A stretch of DNA of 64,000 bases from Squalus acanthias (taxonomy: Eukaryota), in contig CM059425.1 in assembly GCA_030390025.1 (NCBI GenBank), positions 167,774,001 to 167,838,000 of the forward strand, read 5' to 3'. A program made the translations under genes and the position numbers. This document shows, piece by piece, positions 11,054 to 24,424 of the stretch (its first letter is position 1; every line of letters starts with the position of its first letter). The notes under the pieces were generated by a model. That model did no database searches. It was not told the origin of the DNA and worked only from the letters and a program-made list of their open reading frames with translations.

Positions 11054-14000
11054 ACATAGAAACATAGAAACATAGAAAATAGGTACAGGAGTAGACCATT
11101 CGGTCCTTCGAGCCTGCACCGCCATTCAATGCGTTCATGGCTGAACATGCTACCTCAGTACCCCATTCCTGCTTTCGCGCCATACCCCTTGATCCCCCTA
11201 GTTGTGAGTGTTATATCTAACTCCCTTTTGAATATATTTAGCGAACTGGCCTCAACAACCTTCTGTGGAAGAGAATTCCATAGATTCACCACTCTCTGGG
11301 TGAAGAAGTTCCTCCTCAGCTCAGTCTTAAATGGCTTCCCCTTAATCCTTAGACTGTGACCCCTGGTTCTAGTTTTCCCTAACATTGGGAACATTCTGCC
11401 CGCATCTAATTTGTCTGAACCAGTCAGGATTTTAAATGTCTCTATAAGATCCCCCCTCATTCTTCTGAACTCCAGAGGATACAAGTTCAGTTGACCCAAT
11501 CTTTCTTGATATGTCAGTCCGGCCATCCCAGGAATCAATCTAGTGAACCTTCGCTGCACTCCCTCAATAGCAAGAATGTCCTTCCTTAAGTTAGGAGACC
11601 AAAACTGCACACAATACTCCAGGTGTGGCCTCACCAAGGCCCTGTACAACTGCAGCATCACCTCCCTACTCCTGTACTCAAATCCCCTTACTATGAAGGC
11701 CATCATTCCGTTTGCTTTCTTGACTGCCTGCTGCACTTGCATTCCCACCTTCAGTGACTGATGTACCATGACGCCCAGGTCTCGTTGCACCTCCCCTTTC
11801 CCTAATCTGCCACCATTCAGGTAATAGTCCGCCTCTCTATTTTACCACCAAAGTGGATAACCTCACATTTATCCACATTGTACTTCATCTGCCATACATT
11901 TGCCCATTCACCCAACCTGTCCAAGTCACTCTGTAGCCTCCTAGCATCCTCCTCATTGTTCACACTGCCTCCCAATTTAGTGTCATCCGCAAATTTGGAG
12001 ATATTACATTTAATCCCTTCGTCCAAATCATTAATATATAATGTAAACAGCTGGGGTCCCAGCACCGAATCCTGCGGTACCCCGCTGGTCACTGCCTGCC
12101 ATTCTGAAAAGTACCCATTTACTCCTACTCTTTGTTTCCTGTGTGCCAACCAGTTCTCAATCCACGTCAACACATTACCCCCAATCCCATGTGCTTTAAC
12201 TTTGCTCACCAATCTCTTGTGTGGGACCTTGTCGAAGGCCTTCTGAAAGTCCAAATACACCACATCTACTGGTTCCCCCCTGTCCACCCTATTGGAAACA
12301 TCCTCAAAAAATTCCAGAAGATTTGTCAAGCATGATTTCCCTTTCACAAATCCATGCTGACTTGGACCTATCATGTCGCCACTTTCCAAATGGTCTGTTA
12401 TGACATCTTTAATAATTGCTTCCATCATTTTACCCACGACCGATGTCAGGCTGACCGGTCTATAATTCCCTGCTTTCTCCCTCCCTCCTTTTTTAAAAAG
12501 AGGGGTTACATTGGCCACCCTCCACTCCATCGGAACTGATCCAGAGTCTAAGGAATGTTGGAAAATGATCGTCAATGCATCCACTATTTCCAAGGCCACC
12601 TCCTTAAGTACTCTGGGATGCAGACCATCAGGCCCCGGGGATTTTTCAGCCTTCAGTCCCATCAATTTCCCCAATACCTTTTCCCGACTAATAAGGATTT
12701 CCCTCAGCTCCTCCCTCTTACCAGATCCTCTGACCCCTTTTATTTCCGGCAGGTTGTGTGTGTCCTCCACAGTAAACACCGAACCAAAGTACTTGTTCAA
12801 TTGATCTGCCATTTCCTTGTTCCCCATTACGACTTCCCCTGTTTCCGACTGCAGGGAACCTACGTTTGTTTTTACTAACCTCTTTCTTTTTACATATTTA
12901 TAGAAGCTTTTGCAGTCCATTTTAATGTTCTCTGCAAGCTTCCTTTCATATTTTATTTTCCCTGCCCTAATCAAACCCTTCGTCCTCCTCTGCTGAGTTT
13001 TGAAGTTCTCCCAGTCCCCGGGTTTGCTGCTACTTCTGGCCAATTTGTATGCAACTTCCTTGGTTTTAATACTATCCCTGATTTCCCTTGTTAGCCATGG
13101 TTGAGCCACCTTCCCTTTTTTATTTTTACGCCAGACCGGGATGTACAATTGTTGTAGTTCATCCATGCGATCTCTAAATGTCTGCCATTGCCCTTCCACT
13201 GATAGCCTCTTAAATATCGCTTGCCAATTTAACCTCGCCAATTCACACCTCATACCCTCAAAGTTGCCCTTATTTAAGTTCTGGACCATGGTCTCTGACT
13301 TAACTGTTTCCTTCTCCATCCTAATGTAGAACTCCACCATACTATGGTCACTCTTCCCCAGGGGGCCTCGTACCACAAGATTGCTGATTAGTCCTTCCTC
13401 ATTACACAACACCCAGTCCAGGATGGCCTCCCCTCGAGTTGGTTCCTCAACATATTGGTTTAGGAAACCATCCCTTAAACACTCCAGGAAATCCTCCTCC
13501 ACCGTATTGCTTCCAGTTTGAGTAGCCCAATCTATATGCATATTAAAGTCACCCATGATAACTGCCGTGCTTTTTTGCACGCACCTCTGATTTCCTGTTT
13601 CATACCCTCCCCCACCTCACTACTGCTGTTTGGAGGTCTGTACACAACTCCCACTAACGTTTTCTGCCCTTTGGTGTTCTGCAGCTCAACCCATATTGAT
13701 TCCACATCCTCCAAGCTGATGTCCTTCCTAGCTATTGCATTAATCTCCTCTTTAACCAGCAATGCTACCCCACCCCCTTTTCCTTTTATTCTATCCTTTC
13801 TGAATGTTGAATACCCCTGGATGTTCAGTTCCCAGCCTTGATTGTTCTGGAGCCACGTCTCTGTAATCCCAATCACATCATATCCGTTAACATCTATTTG
13901 CACAGTCAATTCATCCACCTTATTACGGATACTCCTTGCATTAAGACACAGAGCCTTTAGGCTTGTTTTATTAACATCCTTTGTCCTTTTAGACTTATGA

Positions 14001-14146
14001 TTTAGTATGGCCCTTTGTGTTTCTTGCCTTTGTTTACTCGGCCTTCCCCTATTGTTTCTCACCCTTCTAACATTTGTTTCTGACTGCATATTACTTCCCC
14101 CTGTTTCGCTACATAGGTTCCCATTCCCCTGCCATATTAGTTTAAA
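11054..14146 (-). mobile_element. CR1 LINE with near-complete ORF2 (APE endonuclease plus RT), two frameshifts
   Basis: ORFs 13532-14089, 11817-13580 ([25 protein letters not shown]) and 11155-11790; (AGAAACAT)n tail at 11054. Confidence 0.96.
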
Positions 14147-14148
14147 TA

Positions 14149-14302
14149 TTGGGTGATAGTGTAAACCAGGTGATATCGGTTCAGCCGCCCGTTATACATC
14201 TCTCTGGATTTTAATTTCCATGAAAATCGGAAGAAATGTGTAACGGGCAGCTGAATCAATATCATTTGTTTTACACTATCGCCCAAAGTCAAAATTATCC
14301 CC
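14149..14302. mobile_element. Short palindromic MITE, left tip missing at the CR1 junction
   Basis: ttgggtgatagtgtaaac...gcccgttatacat pairs with atgtgtaacgggc...ttttacactatcgcccaa. A related half copy lies at ~33240-33325. Confidence 0.75.
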
Positions 14303-14796
14303 TTTATGTTTGCCCCATCATGAAGAACCTACAGGAAAGGCTCTAAATATATAATACACAATAAAGACAGAGGAAACCCTTGGCAAACACTTGACTTAAC
14401 TGAGAACCGTTTGGAAAGATTCCCAGTAACAAACTCCCTTCTTCACAAAATGTTATACGGCAACGTCCATGACAGGAACCAATTGCTAATATTCAGCTTC
14501 TTTAAAACTTTGAGCATGAGTTCATGGCTTTTCTTGATCTAAGTCCTTACATCACCAAAATTTAAGATGTGTCTCAATGCAGTCATTTTTTCTCATGTTA
14601 AGCAGCTGGGTACCCTATGCATCTGTTCTGGGTGAATTATCTGTTCCATTACAGTTTGCATTAAGCAAAACAACATTTTTGCCAACATTTTATAATCAGT
14701 ATTTAAAATGCTTAAATTCTTCCTCTAATTTTTAATATAATTTCATTTCCTGTCTCCTTCCCTTTTAAAAATTAGTTATAATTCCCTCCCTCAAAG

Positions 14797-14885
14797 ATGT
14801 GAAACAAAAGAAGCTCGTATTTCAAGACATTCCAGTAGACTGAGTAAAACTCTACATTTACCCCTGAAAGCTCATCCTTCACTAG
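14797..14885 (+). other. Candidate host exon (CETKEARISRHSSRLSKTLHLPLKAHPSL), unidentified
   Basis: Pyrimidine tract plus AG, donor AG|gtaagg, one open frame, in non-repeat sequence. Confidence 0.25.
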
Positions 14886-14995
14886 GTAAGGCATTCCTTT
14901 GGTTAATTCATCCCTTATTAAAGGCGAAACCATGAATTTCTTATCGTCTGCCAACCAACACCTACTTTTCAACACAACATTAAAAAAAAATGTTA

Positions 14996-15449
14996 GGGCT
15001 GGATTTTGAATGATCCATGGAGTCGGGTTTGGAGGCGTGTGGGGGGTTAAATTTGCGGGGTCGGGGTTTCTGACCCCATCCCGACTCCATCCCGCCTCCA
15101 CGCAATTTTGACATAATCAGTCGCGGGGTTCCCAACTCCGTCCCGCCTTCAAGAGGCGGGAGAGGCCATTAAAGCCCTTAACAAGCTCTAAATTGGCTCT
15201 GTAATGCCATTTTGAAACGCTGTAGCTAGTTTAACCCTCTTCTGACGTGAAGTACGCCTGGTGTGAAACACTCCAGTGAAACCTGGCGGGAGCACAAGTG
15301 GATAGCTGACTATCGGCTGCAGGCCCACTATTACAACGGAGATGTGATGAAGGTAGGTAGTAGTAGTATTAGGTGTGAACGTCGCCTCTGACGCTGATGC
15401 ATTGAATGTCTTCAGAGACTGTCTGGGAGGACTTGCTTGGCAAAAAAAT

Positions 15450-15483
<34 letters not shown>

Positions 15484-15772
15484 TCTCTCTCTCCCCCCCT
15501 TTTGCATCCAGGTCCACTCACATCAAAAGCCAGGCAAGGCAAGTCCTCTCTCACCAACAGTCTCTGAGACTAGGCAGTCAGCAATGATGACATCATCAGA
15601 GGCGACTTTCAGACTGAAAACACTAATTAGTTCATGAGTTCCCACATGCTCCAACTCAATTGCCCAATTAAGTGAAAATTGCATCAGGCATCCACATTAA
15701 TCTGGAGTCAGGGGGGAAACACGAAATGCGGATTACACGACCCCAACCCGACCCCAAGACAAAATCCAGCCC
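14996..15772. mobile_element. Non-autonomous Harbinger-type element
   Basis: Perfect 13-bp TIR GGGCTGGATTTTG / CAAAATCCAGCCC with TTA TSD on both sides; internal (CT)n microsatellite at ~15450-15493. Confidence 0.93.
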
Positions 15773-17125
15773 TTAGTGTCTATTACCTTAGACTTCTCCA
15801 ACTGAGCAGAGCGAATGCACATGGTCTTAAAGCTCCTCCTTCTGGCTATGTTTCCTATTCTCCTGCAATGATAGAGAATCACATCTACCTTAAAATTTGC
15901 CAGTTATGTTAGATATTACCACACTGTTCTTAATTCCTAAAACTCCTCACATTCACAGATTCCACTGTTGTTCTCATTTTAAAATAAGACACAAACATCC
16001 CCATCCACATGTTTAACCTCTGTCCTTTTTTTTCATGTACTTCTTAATTTCATGTTCACCAAAATACTCTTCAAAAAAGAGAACTATATTTTTGAACCTT
16101 AGATTCCTTAGATTCTGGGTAAGAACTGGGAAGCCAACCCCACATTGTGTTATAGGGATACCAAAAGAATATGGGCGTGAGGAGGTTCTGCTTCCTATCC
16201 ACTCTACTTATATCTCCAAATCTGCAGTTCTCCAATCTCATTACACCCCTCCATGAATTTCCTTTCATCCACCTTATCCATGCTTTTTCTGCCTCCATGA
16301 TCACCTCCTCAGAAAACTCCTCAAATTGATTAAACAGATAAAATCTGCAGGTACAGAGACGGGCAGCAGGGATGATCCCAGGCTACGTGCTTTGAGCTGT
16401 GAAGATAAACTTCATGCCTTGGGTTTTGGGCATCAATCTGTGGAACAGTGGTCCTGAGGTTGTAGTCAAAATGGTGTTAGAAACATTTTGGAAAAACTAT
16501 GAGATCATTGCCGAAGGAAGGTAAAATTTGGGATAATAACCAAATGGTTGGGGCCTCCTGAGCCTTTCCTGATTTCGCTTAAGGGGTCAGAGAAGACATT
16601 TTTACAGAGCTTTCCTTAATTGGCTACATGTTGCTGTGTTTTGTTTTGCCTCTCCCATAAAGGTCGGGGGGAGGGGAGGGGAAAAAATGGCAGGGACACA
16701 AGGATGAATCCAGTAAGAAGTGGGGCGAGGCCTTATGGGCTTGATGGCCTTGTTTAATTCTAAGTACATAACATAATGGGGGAAAAATTCGGTATCGACC
16801 ATTTTGGGGTGCTAACATCGCCTGGGCGCCAACTTTAGCACCCGGCGCTAATTAGCGCCGGCGACCACAAAATTCAGTTTTGGCACCCCAAGAGGGAAAT
16901 GGAGCACTAAATCAAGCGCTACACACTCCTCTTAGGACGCTAACGTCGGGGAGCGGGGCGCTACCGCAGAGCGCTACTCAAGCGCTGTCAATTACAAGTA
17001 CTCAGACAGACTGGCGCCTTCTAGTTCTTAAAGGGGAGGTTCATTCATGCTGCACAGCCTCACTCTGATCATTGCTGCTTCTGACCTGGCCTGCAAGGAG
17101 CTGCAATCCATCAATCACAAATCTC

Positions 17126-19000
17126 ATGGCTGATCAGAGGCCCAGGGAGAGAGCTCGCCGGTTCAGTGACCAGGCATTGCAGGCTCTGGTTGCGGCTGTG
17201 CAACGCCGACGGGCAGTGCTCTTCCCGGACACTGGCAGGAGGCCATTGCCGTAGGACTTCAGGAGGATGTGGAGGGAGGTGGCCCAGAATGTCTCGGCCA
17301 GCGCGTGGTTCAAAGGACTCGCACCCAGTGCCGCAAGAAGTTCAACGACCTCATTCGGGTGGTCAGGGTGAGTACATGCTTCAAAAACCTCCACATCCCA
17401 CCATCTCAACCTCACTCTGTGCACAGACGGTATAAACCGCCAAATCCCCAACACTCACCCACCAACTATGCCCACCTACTAAGTCACATCCACATCTCAC
17501 GCCTTGCATACATTAACTGCTATTCAACTATGGTAGGGACATCTGCCAAAGACATGACTGCACACTCACACGCTGTCCTTTTTCTTGCAGGCCAAGCTTG
17601 CTCATAACAGGAGGGAGAAGCAATGCACGGGAGGAGGTCAGGCGGAGCTGCACCCCCTTACAGACCTGGAGAATCGAGTGCACAGCATCATCGTGGCCCA
17701 GGTCGTGGCGCTGTGGCAGTCAGAGAGGTCGATCCCCTTGAGGACAACAACGGTATGTTCATCACCTCTCCCTCTTCTCTCATACCACTTCCCCCTCACA
17801 ACACAAGCCCTTCCCACTTTCCATCTAAGTATACTGTCTCCATTCCTTGCTCCCTTCCTGCCCCCTCCCTTGACGTTATACCCACTCTTGTGCCTTTATA
17901 CTTTCAGATAATCAGCCACCATCTGACCAGCCTGTCCCTCAGCCTCCCAGTGGTAGCGACGTGGGAGAGGAGGAGGAACAACAAGCCAGAGCCTTACTGC
18001 CTGTGTCTTGTGAGGGCGTGAGGTCCAATAATGGGGCCACGCGGTCGCTGGAGGGGAGCCTAGTAGATGGGTCTGATGTGGGTGAAGCTCCGGGACCCAG
18101 CGGGCTGCAGCAGCACCACGGGAAAGGGGAAGCTCGGGGGCCATCTCCCTGGAGGGTGAGTGTGTGCGCGAGTTCTACTGCACAGGACTCAGATGAGGAC
18201 CTCGATGTGGCGGCGATGACCAGACGGGCGATGGGCATGCACACCGAGCTCATGGGTGCAATGGCAAGGGTGTCCAAGAGCATGGATGCACTGGCTAGGA
18301 GCGTGGAGGAGTCCGCCTCCAGCATTGCACTCATCGCTGCGCAAACCATCGAGCCCATCCTTGGCAGTTTGCCAAGGGTGGTTGCCTCGCAGAGAGACCG
18401 TGGGGACCCAGACCTCATGCGCGTCTCATGGGTGAGGTGGCAGCAGCTATTGCAGCACAGGACGAAGCAACGCAACGGCTTAGTGCTGTAATGGAGTCAA
18501 TGGCTGGTGCCATCCAATCTCCGATTGCTCTGATGCAGTCTCAGATTGATGCCACGCAAGTGCTGACTGCTGCCATCGTCACTGGGTCGCCACAGTCCAC
18601 CGGGGATCTCACGGTGCCGCAGCAGGCCAGCAATCTGTGCGCGAGCAGATTGCTCCAGATGCTGAGGTTCTGCCCCGGGGGAGTGGCAGTGTGTCGATTG
18701 AGCAGGAAGGTGCTGTTCCCTCTCAGGGTGACAGCACCCCTGCTGCCACCACTGCCACTCCGCCATTTCACTTGTCGCAGCCTGTAACCCAGCTATCCCA
18801 GACTGCTGCGGCCCATGCAGAATTGGTGCAGTCTGCAGCCGGGCCTTCCAGGCCCAGAGGTGGCTGAGGGCGTCCTGCAAGGCCATCTGCAGTCTCTGGC
18901 TCCCAGACTCAGCAGCCTTCCTCCAGCCTTGCTGCAGCCACTGGGGCCACATTACAGAGGAGCAGTAAGGTTGGGAGGGGGAATTGCAAAGGGGAGGGAG
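17126..19000 (+). pseudogene. Myb/SANT-like partner gene; exons ~17126-17367, 17591-17752, 17908-~19000; disrupted
   Basis: MADQRPRERARRFSDQALQALV..RRAVLFP..RTRTQCRKKFNDLIR with canonical GT/AG sites, then AKLAHNRREKQCTGGG; stops and frameshifts present. Confidence 0.85.
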
Positions 19001-19324
19001 ATCATTGAGGAAGGGCGAGTAAATAATACGTTATTAACAAATGGTGGGAGTGTGTGTAAATAATTTGATGTGTTTGTAAATATATTGTTGAGTTTGGTAA
19101 CAAATAGTTCAGTTTGCTAAGAACAAGTTGTGTTTGTTGATAAATTGTTGTGTTTATTTATTCTTGGTTGTGTTTCATCAGAGAGAGTTGTGCAGAATAA
19201 TAAATTGTTAATTTGACGTCGCACATTTTATGATGTTTCTCATTTGAGCTTTGCCCGGTGATAGGGGCTGCGAGCTGGCTGTAATGATGTGGTTGTTCTG
19301 CACAAATGCCATGTGCTATCTCAT

Positions 19325-19795
19325 TTATTGGAAGCGCTGTGTAATGAGGCGTTCACGAACGGCCCTTGCAGAAGCAGCATTGAGTAGCTCCCTCCTGCAT
19401 TGGTGCTGCTCCTCCTCCTCTTCATCCTGCTCCTCCGAATCCTTGTTCTCCTATCCCCTGTTGAAGCCTGGAAGGAGCCGCTGGCATAGAAATTGAGAGC
19501 GACTGTGACCTTCACTGCCACTGAGACGCATCCTGGTCCTGAGCTGAGGCTGGAGCTCTGGCTGCAGGAAGTGGCAAAGCTCTGTGACCACCTCCTTGCT
19601 GAAGCGGAGCCTTTTAAGGCACTGCTCCTCTGACAGATGAATGTAGGAGAAGTGCTCCCGGAATACCCTGGGAGGGTAAGGCCTCCTGTTGAGAGCCCTG
19701 TTGGCCCTCCTCCCTCTGGCCACGTTTTCCAATCTTTCTCTCTGCCTCCGATGGTGAAGCTGCAGGGCAATGCTCCGTACCAGTACAGCCCCCAT
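19325..19795 (-). pseudogene. Harbinger transposase with catalytic core deleted
   Basis: N-terminus (RRPYPPRVFREHFSY..RLRFSKEVV..VALNFYASGSFQ) joined at ~19455 directly to the acidic C-terminus. Confidence 0.85.
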
Positions 19796-21908
19796 TAATG
19801 TTGGAAATGTTGCAGTATCAAATGTAACAGAAATGAAAGCGATAAACTTTTCTCGGGAGCAAAACTCCTTCAAGTAGGAAAAGCTCAAATCGGTAAAAAT
19901 CCCTGTCTGCTTCTCTCAAACTGACAAGGCAGCACTGTTTGCCGACTAAAAGAAAACCCAGAAGTTCACGCCTTTAAATAGCGCTCCTCCAGCTCTCCGC
20001 CTACTGCAAACCGCCTCCTCTATCTGTCATTCCTAATGGCAAGCACTGAGGCAGGGGGCGAGAATGAATTTCATCTCCGGGGTGCTACCGGGGCAATGCG
20101 CCGCCGGATGACGTCACAATCTCTGGCCGCAGGCGGGCGTGGCGATAGTGGTTAGCACCACCGCAAACCGTCAGGTGAATATCGCCGGCGGCACTAACAT
20201 CGCCACACCTGGGCGGTAAGTCATTCATGCCCCACCAGCACCCCCCAGAGGTGCTAATGGGAGGCGCTAAGGTACCCAATTTCTAGCCCATAAAAAAAAT
20301 TCACCTTTAAATTTAAAATATTAGCTCTAGTTAGAGGGCATCCAATGCACAAAGCTAGTGGCGTAAGATAATTTTTCATAGTCTTAAACCTTTCTTGATG
20401 GTTTGGCAAGAGGTGCAATTCCATATTTTTAAGATATGTACATGTATGGGCTGGTGGGGGTGCAGAATTCAGGTCGTTTCTTGAAAGAAGGGCGTCTGTA
20501 TTGCATGTGGGATATGACGTATGATTTGGGCTGGGATAGCAAAGGAAAATCTACGCCTGTATGTCTATGGTGGGCATTTCACCATTGTTGGAATTCCGTC
20601 TCAATCCATATATAATCATCAGGCCTTTAGCTAACCCAGTATTAAAATTTTGAAATTTGGCAGAGCTACATCTCCTCCAGGTTGAGGAAACTGTCGTCTA
20701 TATGTAATATGACCATGGACTATTGAAATCTTTTGGGAACTCAGACATGGTCTTATCAAGAGAAGTACCAAAAGATTTGGACAGAACTAATAAAGAATTC
20801 AAAACAGATAGCATAGCCTTACAGAAGAATTCAGTTTTTATAAAATTCATTCTGCTAGGCACGCTTAGGGAAAACACAGTCTGATGAATCTGCTGAGTTT
20901 CTGTCAGTTCCACATCACATTTAAAGGAACGTGAGGCCCTGCATGAATGCCTGTAACCCCAAATCTCTGTAGTGATCAGTCTTTCCTTCAAATGGTCTGT
21001 GTTCACAAGCCCATCCATCGCTCTCCCAGAAAGAATAATAACTGCAAGATGGGGGAGAACTGGAGGTAAAAGATTACGAAAGTCAAAGTTAGAAGATAAA
21101 AACTAACATCCTGCTCGATAACCTATCACAGAGGAGTAAACTAAGTTACCATGGAAAAATCAAATCAAATTAAATGGGACCCAGTCATTTTTAAAAAATC
21201 CCAGGGGGAATTTTCTAGTTAAGAGTATTAGTAGGAAAAAAATCTACTCTCATTTTCAGAAGGCTCTGTCACAAAAGAGGAAGCCCAAAACCAACAAAAT
21301 AGGTCAGGCAATCAGGAACTGAGACGTTGGTTTAGACTTGCATAGTGATGTTTCACTTGATAAAATGAATGTGCTGTCTCCCCTTCCCAATTACCATGCG
21401 CCCCCACTTTCACCACAATGTTAACTTACATTACAGTAAATGTTACATGTGGTAGGTAAGATGGCCACAATTACATAAAGGTAAAGCACTGATCTACGAA
21501 CAGTGGGATGAACAATTTGATCAGTAGGACAACAAGTGTATGAGAAAAGTTATAAAACAAGTTAGTCTGGTAACTGTTGTATATTATATGACTATTATAT
21601 GATTCATAACTCATAGCCAGAAATAAAAGGAGAACTGAAAGATGACAATAGAATTCACAGATGGTCACATTTCGTAAGCTTGCATTGCTCTGCATATGTT
21701 GTTACGTAGCAGTCAGCAAGGATGCAGTGGAATTATTTATGGTTGGAATTCAGATCATCTGTAAACATGGCTCCACAACCAGCAACCCCCCCTCCACATG
21801 TCACTTCACTCTGTCACTGATGAAGAGAGAATTGTCGTATGTCACCTGTCCTGTTTGTTGCCATGAAGGGGGTGGTAGGTAAACGGAACAAAGAAATTGC
21901 TGACTTAC

Positions 21909-22050
21909 CTCTGGTGGCCCATCTTTGTGGTTTACGAGTGGGCCTCAATTTCAGCGGTTAGTGCTTCCGTTACCGTTCCTCCCCACTGATGAATCTCAAA
22001 TGTGACCTCCCCAGCTGATACCACAGTTGCTCTCCCCTCTCCCTGCCCGC
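21909..22050 (-). other. Candidate minus-strand first exon ending ATGGGCCACCAGAG|gtaagt, next to a (CA)n microsatellite at 22055-22087
   Basis: Consensus donor, CpG-containing non-repeat sequence and an ATG. No further exons could be linked. Confidence 0.2.
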
Positions 22051-22053
22051 CCC

Positions 22054-22089
<36 letters not shown>

Positions 22090-22158
22090 CTCTTCAACTC
22101 GCCTGCCTGTTGTGTGAAAACAGCAAAAACACCAGGAACAAAATTAAAAAACTTAGTT

Positions 22159-23812
22159 TGTAGAGTTTCGCAATTATCGCGATTCAAAATAACGAAAGAG
22201 AAGCAGATTCGTTTGATCAGTTTATTTAAACGAAATGCTGTCATGATTAAAAAGGACACAGAAGCCTGTAAAATGGCCATCGCGCATCGTGGCAGAAGCT
22301 TCCAGAAGTACAGTGGGCAGACAAGATGGCGTTCGAATAAACATTTCAATATAAGACTGGATCATACTCGATAAACACTGATAAAGACAGGATGCAACCT
22401 GTTTGCATTTATGACAATAGCAAAGATATAAGTGCTGGAATCATTTTCCATGCACAAGTAAGGACCATTGTACTGGGCAATCGAAGGCCCATCCAGACAC
22501 ATCAATACACAAATACCCCCACGGCTCTACAATGAGAGAGACATCGACGGGTGATTAAGCAAGTATTCGGGGGCCCCCTAAACCAGTCAGGGAGACGATT
22601 CATACAATCCTGGCTGGGTCAACAATGGGGAAAACATTAACGGGTAGTTGGCCAGTTTCAGGTGCTACCGAAACCCGTTAAGGAAAGAATCGCCCCATGC
22701 TGGGAGTTTTGAGCGCCAATTTTATACAAAGGACAAACATTAAGATTTGGGCGGGAGATAAGGGAACACAGCACTATAACTATAGTGAGCAAATGTCCAT
22801 CGGTCTCTTGATTCGACTCTTATTCTCCCGGGTGGCTCTTATCTCTTATTCTCTTGACTCGCTCGATCGCTGGCTGAAGCTCTTCTTTAGGGCTGGACTC
22901 TGTTGACTCTTGACTTTTAGCCGCACCGGTCGGTTATTCGAATGTTGGGTGGAGCTCAATCGGGACGAGCCGCCCCGACAAGGGCAAGTAGCAGGGTGCA
23001 CCATCCCAAGAGTCGGTAAACGGTGTCTGGACCCGAAGGCCCGAAGAGACAAGACGAAACGACAAGAAAAGAAGAAGAATCCACGTGCCGCCACGGTCAG
23101 TAAACCCCGACCGCGCCCGAAAATACAAGAAAGACTCTTCATTGAAATCTACCGACAACCGGTGTCGGACACAGGAAGGCTCTTCTTTGAACCGTGTCCG
23201 AGTTCTGTCGAGTTCTTCATGACAACAGGGAGTCTGGCCTGCTTGTCACAGCAGCGAAAATAAACAAGTGGGGTACAGAGACCCTTCCAAACACGTGACA
23301 GTCAGGCGCTGCAGCGAAACGAGCCGAGTGCCTCACTTTAAAAATTCTCCGAAGTAACACGAGTGATGAGCATGTTTCCCGATCCTACAAATCTAGACGT
23401 AGTGTAGGTATTGATAAGGGAGGGTGGTTTTACTAAGGATAAAGTATAATGTGTTCCCCTTTTTTACGATGTGCCGTGCGTTCTTCATTACCATAGACCA
23501 AGCTTTATGAATGTATGTATACTTGTACTCTCGTTAATTTGCGCCTATGACATGTACTTCATGATTTTGGACGCTATGCAATAAAGATTTCCATTTCGTA
23601 CTATTCAATCGGGTCTATTTGAGTTTTCTCTGCATTACTGCTCCTGCACCTAAGTCCAGTGTTAGAACCGTAAGGGCGAGTGGGTCGAACCACTCACAGG
23701 TGCTTATTGCTAAAAGGCTGGCCGGAGACCAGAGCTAGCAATAGTATTAGGCAACGAAGGCCTAACCTCGCACCAGCACCGTCTGAGACACAGGCACGAC
23801 GAAACCCTTACA
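22159..23812 (+). mobile_element. Solo LTR, 1654 bp (LTR retrotransposon or endogenous retrovirus)
   Basis: TGTA...TACA termini, 4-bp TSD AGTT (22155-22158 / 23813-23816), GC box-GATA-TATA cluster at ~22749-22787, AATAAA at 23580, second copy at 50151-51801. Confidence 0.9.
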
Positions 23813-24424
23813 AGTTATCCAGCCAGCCGTCTGCTCTGAGGATGTTTAGTAAACCGATTAGTTGGCATCAGGAAAACATAAATAATCCACAGCCTTGGGT
23901 GGCAGTTGGTTAAAATAATAATTTTAAAAACTTAGAAGAAAAGCAGGCAATAAAAAAGGCCATGTGTCTGTCCAGACTGCATCTACTGTGTATGACACAC
24001 AACGTGTGTAAATCACTGGTAAGCCAGGTGTGACACTATTAACATTAACATTGAAAACTCCTATTACAGTGCCACCTACAGGCGTAACCATAACTACAGA
24101 TACTATAACGGGTTCCAATAGGAACAAGCTGCATATGAAGATTTTCAATCAAACGTGAGCCCCAACATACCAAATTTTACATATACCTATTAGATCCCGA
24201 TGGCATTGCTCATGTTGAATTAGAGGATTTTCTGTTTTATAACAAGAGAGTATTTATGTCATGCATGGCATAACATCAGGGCGAATGAATTATAGGGGTT
24301 GAATAAGTCAAATTACATTTTTTGAAAATGTATTCTTGGATTTTTACTGTTGCTTTGGGGGTTTAATTTTACAAGTCTGTCCATTATCCTGTGAAAACTG
24401 TATATGAGTAGTCTTTATTTCTCC

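Larger units (their letters stand above)
16778..20289. mobile_element. Harbinger transposon with 3-exon Myb/SANT gene (+) and internally deleted transposase (-)
   Basis: Ends GGGGGAAAAATT / AATTTCTAGCCC, TAA one base outside each end; convergent genes. Confidence 0.9.

Noticed and set aside
20698..21018. 106-aa minus-strand ORF as a host exon
   Set aside because: No recognisable domain and no convincing splice sites in frame.
22376..22412. Hammerhead ribozyme in the LTR (CTGATAA plus hairpin)
   Set aside because: Lacks the CUGANGA and GAAA core consensus.
22910..23263. 117-aa basic ORF inside the LTR as an accessory gene
   Set aside because: It has no ATG start, and the frame is not preserved in the second copy.
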